Assembly: GCA_016927905.1 (NCBI GenBank)
Contig: JAFGLW010000004.1
Span: 1 to 64,000, forward strand
Direction of reading: 5' to 3'
DNA: 64,000 bases
Source of the DNA: a candidate division CSSED10-310 bacterium
GTDB lineage: Bacteria; CSSED10-310; JAFGJC01
This document shows, piece by piece, positions 59,182 to 64,000 of this stretch (position 1 is its first letter; each line of letters begins with the position of its first letter). The notes under the pieces were generated by a model, which was not told where the DNA came from, made no database searches, and worked only from the letters and a program-made list of their open reading frames with translations. The position numbers and the translations under genes are program-made.

Positions 59182-61668
59182 ATGAACGATGAACAGGTGA
59201 GACGGAATTCGAAGGAACCCTGGGAACCCGGCAGAATAATTCTCAACAGTTTCACCGTTGAGAAGGTTCTGGGTATCGGCGGGATGTCCACGGTCTACCT
59301 TGTCCGGCGACTGTCGGATGATGCGCTGTTTTCCCTGAAGGCTGTGCAGACGGACTATCTGAATCTCGATGGAACCCGGCAGGACTTTTTCCGGGAACTC
59401 CGGACCTGGATCGATCTGCCGGAATACCCGAATATCACCCAATGCCGCTTCTTTAAAACCATCGACAAAAGCCTGGGTATTTTCGCCGAATACGTTGATG
59501 GAGGGACACTGCGGCTTTGGATTGACACACGGAAACTGACCGATCTGGAACGTATTCTGGATGTGATGATTCAATGCGCCGGCGGATTGCAGGTTGCGCA
59601 CGATGCCGGAGTGATCCATCAGGATGTCAAGCCCACCAATATTTTGATGACTTCCAAAGGCGTTCCCAAGATCACCGATTTCGGTATCGCCAGCATCATG
59701 GGTTCCGGGAGGGGTGTGGCGGGAGAATCCGACGGCGAAATACGCCAGAGCGCAGCGCTGGGTTATACACTGGAGTATTGTTCTCCCGAGCAGTTCAATC
59801 ACCGGGAACTGGACCATCGGACGGATATCTGGAGTTTCGGGGTGGTGATGATGGAGATGCTGACGGGCAAGCCTATCACGCCGCACGGTTACTTGGCCGG
59901 CGAAGCGCTCCAGTACGATTTGACCGAAGATGCGGATCAATCGTTTCCCGGTATTCCGGATCCCATGAAACAGGTACTGAACATGTGCCTGAAAAAAGAT
60001 CCCACCCAGAGATGGAACAGTTTTAATGAACTGGGAGAATCCCTGCGGTACGTTTATTATTATGAAATCGGCAAGGAATACAACCAGCCTGTTTATGAGA
60101 TCCGGCAGGCGGTCTCCGACAGCAAGCCTTTTATGATCCGCAAGACGATTACCGGGGTGAACTGGGACGATCCCATGGAATGGTTGAATCAGGCGGAGTC
60201 CATCTCAGGTGAAACCCTGTCCGTGGCCGATGACTTCGCAAATCAGCGCCCGGTATCCCGGACTTCCCGAGCGCTGGCCGATCTGCAGATGTATGAAACC
60301 GCACAGGAACTCTTCCAGCGGGTGATCCGGGACGGGAACCGGGATATTGAAGTGGATTTCGCCCGGCTGCTTTTAAACAAGGCCCTGATTCAGGAAAGCC
60401 TGTCCGACTGGAAAGGTGCGATCGAGACACGCAATCGTGCGGTGAAAATCCTTGAATCACAGGTTTACGGCGGCGCTCATCCGGATCTGATCAATTATCT
60501 CGCCGGAATCTATCTCAACCAGGGATGGGCGCTGATCCGGACAGGAGAAATCGAGAACGGGATCAAATGGTATGACAAGGCTTTGAGTATCCGGGAACAC
60601 CTTACCGAGCGGCATGAAGATCCGGAAATTTATTTTGATCTTGCCAAGGTATACATGAACAAGGGTTTCGCGCGGTGCAGGCAGAAAAACTCCAAACTCG
60701 CACAGGAAAACTTCGACCGGGCGGAATACATACTTAAATTTTTAATCCACCAGTGCGGGATCCCCGATCATTATAGAACTCTGGCGATTTTCTATATGAA
60801 CCGGGCTGTCGCTTCGAAAAAACTGGCTCGACCGAAGGAAATTCTGAAATGGTTCGAGAAAGCCGGTGAAATCGCTCGGAACATGGAGGGATTTGATTAT
60901 CAATCGCGGGATATCCATTTCATCAGCACCTATTATTTGAACCGGGCCGAGATCGCACGCGATTTCGGCGGGGATCAGGAATCCATCCGGTATTTCGACA
61001 AGGCGATCCAGATGCTGGAATATGGGATATACCAGGAGGAAAACCGGGGACTGTTGAGCGAACTGGCATCCGCGTATGCCGGCAAAGCTCAGACTTTTTC
61101 GGGGCTGGGCAGGTTCCAGGACGCAATGACCCACGTGAACGAAGCCATCCGGATCCGGGAACGGCTCCTGGGGCAGGAGGGCCGGGAGGAACAGGCGGAT
61201 GACCTGTCCAAAATGTACCAGAGCAAGGCATTCATTTATATCAATAAAGGTGAAATCCCGGAGGCGGTCCGATTTTTCGACAAATCCATCCAGATGCTGA
61301 AATGGTTGATCGAACAAAACGGGCAGATCCAGCTTCGGGAATACCTTTCAAAGGCATATCTGCACCTGGCGGCACTCTATCGGGATCAGGAAGAATTCGC
61401 AGATGTCATTCAGATGTTCGATCCGGCGATCGATATTCTGAAACATCTGGTATACCAGGAAAACCGCAGGGACCTTCTGCTGGAGTATGCGAACGCGGTA
61501 TGCCGCCGGGCGGAAGCATGGATGAAAACCGGGAATCTCCAGAATGCCCGGCGGGACGCAAAGGAAGGGATGATGCTGCTGCAGCTGGAATATAAACGCA
61601 CCCGGAATATCGAGGTGGCACAATCGATCAACTGGGTCAAACTGTCCCTGGGAAGTCTCCTGAAATAA
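59182..61668 (+). CDS. Ser/Thr protein kinase with C-terminal TPR repeats.
   Basis: LGIGGMSTVYLV, HQDVKPTNILM and DFGIAS, followed by ~450 aa of TPR-like repeats. Confidence 0.8.
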   Translation: MNDEQVRRNSKEPWEPGRIILNSFTVEKVLGIGGMSTVYLVRRLSDDALFSLKAVQTDYLNLDGTRQDFFRELRTWIDLPEYPNITQCRFFKTIDKSLGIFAEYVDGGTLRLWIDTRKLTDLERILDVMIQCAGGLQVAHDAGVIHQDVKPTNILMTSKGVPKITDFGIASIMGSGRGVAGESDGEIRQSAALGYTLEYCSPEQFNHRELDHRTDIWSFGVVMMEMLTGKPITPHGYLAGEALQYDLTEDADQSFPGIPDPMKQVLNMCLKKDPTQRWNSFNELGESLRYVYYYEIGKEYNQPVYEIRQAVSDSKPFMIRKTITGVNWDDPMEWLNQAESISGETLSVADDFANQRPVSRTSRALADLQMYETAQELFQRVIRDGNRDIEVDFARLLLNKALIQESLSDWKGAIETRNRAVKILESQVYGGAHPDLINYLAGIYLNQGWALIRTGEIENGIKWYDKALSIREHLTERHEDPEIYFDLAKVYMNKGFARCRQKNSKLAQENFDRAEYILKFLIHQCGIPDHYRTLAIFYMNRAVASKKLARPKEILKWFEKAGEIARNMEGFDYQSRDIHFISTYYLNRAEIARDFGGDQESIRYFDKAIQMLEYGIYQEENRGLLSELASAYAGKAQTFSGLGRFQDAMTHVNEAIRIRERLLGQEGREEQADDLSKMYQSKAFIYINKGEIPEAVRFFDKSIQMLKWLIEQNGQIQLREYLSKAYLHLAALYRDQEEFADVIQMFDPAIDILKHLVYQENRRDLLLEYANAVCRRAEAWMKTGNLQNARRDAKEGMMLLQLEYKRTRNIEVAQSINWVKLSLGSLLK

Positions 61669-61723
61669 ATAAAACCGCAGGTGAGCCGCCGGTGGTTTTC
61701 CGGGTCGCCGGATCGGTTTTGCA

Positions 61724-63088
61724 CTACCGGATCAGCGCGTTGTAAACGAGTTCCACAACCGCCTGTATCTCCACACCCAGCTTGTATTTTTTTGACAATT
61801 CAATCAATTGATCTGCGCAATTGTGGCAGGGTGTCGCCACTATTTTCGCACCCGTGGCGCGGATCTGATCCGCCTTGATTTTGCCGGAGGCTACCCGGAC
61901 ATCACCGAATTCGCTCATGGAAAGCATCCCGCCGCCTCCCCCGCAACAGAAATTGTTTTCCCGGTTGGGGGTCATTTCAACAAAATCCCCTACGGTGCGC
62001 CGGAGAATTCTTCGCTGCGGATCGACGATTCCGCCCAGTCGTACAAGATTGCAGGGATCGTGAAGGGTTGTGCGTTCGGGATTCATGGTCGGATCCACTC
62101 GAATACGCCCGGCCCGGATGAATTCATCCAAAAGCTCTATCACACTGCGGATGGAAACGGGATATTCCTGTCCGATCCAATGCGGGCCTTCCCAACGAAA
62201 CGATCGATACCCATGTCCACACTCGGACAGTATGATTTCCTTCACATTCAGAGAAACGGCTTCTTCGATCACACGCCGGGTCAATTCAGTGGCGGCGGGT
62301 GTATCGCCCGCATAGAACCCGTAGTTTGTCACATCAAACCAGCGACTCGACAGCGTCCAGCTGGCACCGGCAGCGTGAAATACTCCGGCTGCGGACAGCA
62401 GAGAAAGCGGAAAAAATTTGATCTCCCGGGGATTGATCAAATAGAGAAAATCCTTGCCCGGTTGATCGATCGGAATTTCGATCGATGGATCTTTCATTTC
62501 CATTTTCAGATCTTCCGCCAGCCAATCCAGTGTGGACAGGATTTCCTCCCGCGGAATCGCCATCTGATTGCCGGTTTGAATCTGGTTGTCGACTGTTCTC
62601 TGGAGTCCTTCCGGGACCTGCCGAACCGCGGCGCACATCTTTCTCCCGATCCGGATGATTTCTCGCAAGTCGATACCCACCGGGCATTGAAGCGTACAAC
62701 GACCGCATGCCGTACACCGCCCGTAAACGGCATCCGAAATTTTTCGCAAGACATCCTGCGTCAGTTCCCCGTTCTTGACAAAACGCGAAAACAGCCGACC
62801 CGACAACGTGTGCCGACGGCGAATATATCGGGTGATTTCGGAGAATTTCTGCGCTGGAATGTTTTCCAGCTTCGGTTCGGCAAGATAGATGTGACAGGTA
62901 TCGGCACAAAAACCGCAATGCATGCATGCTGTTGCATGCATGATCCCAAGTCCCTGAATCGCACGCGCCACCACGTCCTCTGCTCCGGTTAAACTTGGGG
63001 AATCCCCGGATCGACCGGGCCCGGGATCCGGATTGCGCTTTTTCATCTTGACCGGCTTGTATGACATATATCGGCTTCCCGTTGTCAA
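61724..63088 (-). CDS. Fe-S oxidoreductase, HdrD/DsrK/GlpC-like, with two [4Fe-4S] motifs and two CCG domains.
   Basis: CMHCGFCADTCHIY and CTACGRCTLQCPVGI. The CCG-like motifs are DPCNLVRLGG and FCCGGGGGML. Confidence 0.75.
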   Translation of the reverse strand: MTTGSRYMSYKPVKMKKRNPDPGPGRSGDSPSLTGAEDVVARAIQGLGIMHATACMHCGFCADTCHIYLAEPKLENIPAQKFSEITRYIRRRHTLSGRLFSRFVKNGELTQDVLRKISDAVYGRCTACGRCTLQCPVGIDLREIIRIGRKMCAAVRQVPEGLQRTVDNQIQTGNQMAIPREEILSTLDWLAEDLKMEMKDPSIEIPIDQPGKDFLYLINPREIKFFPLSLLSAAGVFHAAGASWTLSSRWFDVTNYGFYAGDTPAATELTRRVIEEAVSLNVKEIILSECGHGYRSFRWEGPHWIGQEYPVSIRSVIELLDEFIRAGRIRVDPTMNPERTTLHDPCNLVRLGGIVDPQRRILRRTVGDFVEMTPNRENNFCCGGGGGMLSMSEFGDVRVASGKIKADQIRATGAKIVATPCHNCADQLIELSKKYKLGVEIQAVVELVYNALIR

Positions 63089-63089
63089 T

Positions 63090-63806
63090 TCAGTGCCTCT
63101 GTAATCTTGATAACGGCACGGTCAGTATTGTGTGGACCAGGTTACTGCTCGGAAACAAGGCGAAAACCAGATTTGCACAAAGCACATGTATGATCAAAAG
63201 AATCGAATGACCCGCATCACCGCTCTGTATGACATCCGGAACAACCGGGTGAAAGGTTGTCAGTCCGGAAAGAAATATTCGATAATCGGCTACACTCATC
63301 GTGGAATATCCGTACAGACTTCTGGCCAGATTCATCTGGCTTCCGGATAAGACGGTCAGAATGAGCAGGATCAATATATAGTAATCGGACGGTTCGGACA
63401 TTTCGCGAATGGGGGAGTGAAATCGCCGGAACAGAAAAAACGAAAGATTCACGAGAAGAACCAATCCGATAAAACCAGCGCCCAGGAAGATTTCGTGCGG
63501 CACAATCTGAAGACATTCTGAGTGTCCGATCAGTTCGATGTGCCCGGCTATAAGAAACAGGAATGTGATGTGAAACAGAATCAACAGAAACCACTGTACC
63601 GGATGCGTTTTGATTATTTTCAAAAAGAGCAGGGATTCAACAAGCGAACCCCAAAATTTGGGTCTTTTTTCCGGACCCACCGATCCGGCCAGCGAAATCC
63701 TCAATCCGCTCACGACGCGGACGATATGCCATGACAAGCTGAAAATAAAAATCGCCGTACAGGCGTAGGTCATGGGAATCAAAACGAAGTAAACGACCGC
63801 TGCCAT
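63090..63806 (-). CDS. NarI/HdrE/DsrM-like integral membrane b-type cytochrome subunit.
   Basis: It has 5-6 TM helices with conserved His residues in the helices (WHIVRV, HITFLF, GHIELIGH, HVLCANLV). It sits 1 nt from the start of the HdrD-like gene. Confidence 0.55.
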   Translation of the reverse strand: MAAVVYFVLIPMTYACTAIFIFSLSWHIVRVVSGLRISLAGSVGPEKRPKFWGSLVESLLFLKIIKTHPVQWFLLILFHITFLFLIAGHIELIGHSECLQIVPHEIFLGAGFIGLVLLVNLSFFLFRRFHSPIREMSEPSDYYILILLILTVLSGSQMNLARSLYGYSTMSVADYRIFLSGLTTFHPVVPDVIQSGDAGHSILLIIHVLCANLVFALFPSSNLVHTILTVPLSRLQRH

Positions 63807-63832
63807 AGGTGTCAGGATGTCACAGGTTCAGA

Positions 63833-64000
63833 CGCATCCATCGGGTTTGGGAAGTCCGGCCACCCGACACGCGCCGCGTGCCGGACCGGAGGTAAACAGC
63901 TTGTAAATCTGTCGGACGCCTACACCGACATCGCTGCAGATGAGCCGCACTGCAGGCGCCAGGTCGTGTTCCAGCCAGTAGTTCCGTATAAAATTCACGA
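63833..64000 (-). CDS. Partial ORF (C-terminal fragment, truncated by the window edge), Cys-rich.
   Basis: The frame ...DLAPAVRLICSDVGVGVRQIYKLFTSGPARGACRVAGLPKPDGCV* is open to the window edge and is co-directional with the Hdr-like pair. Confidence 0.3.

Noticed and set aside
63132-63350. Plus-strand 72-aa ORF inside the NarI-like membrane subunit gene.
   Set aside because: It is antisense to a gene with conserved TM/His architecture, and there is no RBS.

Overview
This is a high-GC (roughly 60%) bacterial chromosomal segment with about 45 protein-coding genes. The gene content suggests an anaerobic, probably uncultivated, diderm bacterium. Supporting genes include hybrid-cluster protein with an HcpR-type regulator, an HdrD/NarI-like pair, a B12-radical SAM enzyme, Tat/Sec lipoproteins, a PPi-type phosphofructokinase, and gingipain- and legumain-family peptidases with Pro/Thr linkers. 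The lineage cannot be assigned from sequence alone.

The left 2.7 kb is a mosaic accessory region. It holds a 4x50-bp tandem repeat with inverted partial copies, a lower-GC non-coding stretch, and two toxin-antitoxin modules (MazEF-like and MntA/HepT-like). The MazEF module is bracketed by ~45-bp direct repeats and abuts a truncated tRNA-like fragment.

The rest of the window is chromosomal backbone with several unusual clusters:
- A six-gene, translationally coupled operon of an SPFH/Band-7 protein, five zinc-ribbon proteins, and an FHA domain.
- A coupled cassette of a membrane-anchored alkaline-phosphatase-superfamily enzyme (Thr-type, NPP-like motif), a cobalamin-radical SAM enzyme, and a SAM methyltransferase. 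Two exported paralogs of the first gene lie nearby.
- Two large clan-CD peptidases (legumain/C13-like and gingipain/C25-like) with the same accessory domain order, a Pro/Thr-rich linker, and a shared ~115-aa C-terminal domain that matches no sorting signal I recognise. This is the most interesting candidate in the window.
- A heavy-metal-efflux RND operon, an ABC-2 permease fused to an M1-type aminopeptidase domain, two TPR Ser/Thr kinases, serS-panD-pfp-PilZ, and serA-serC.

Many antisense ORFs in the six-frame track are high-GC artefacts.
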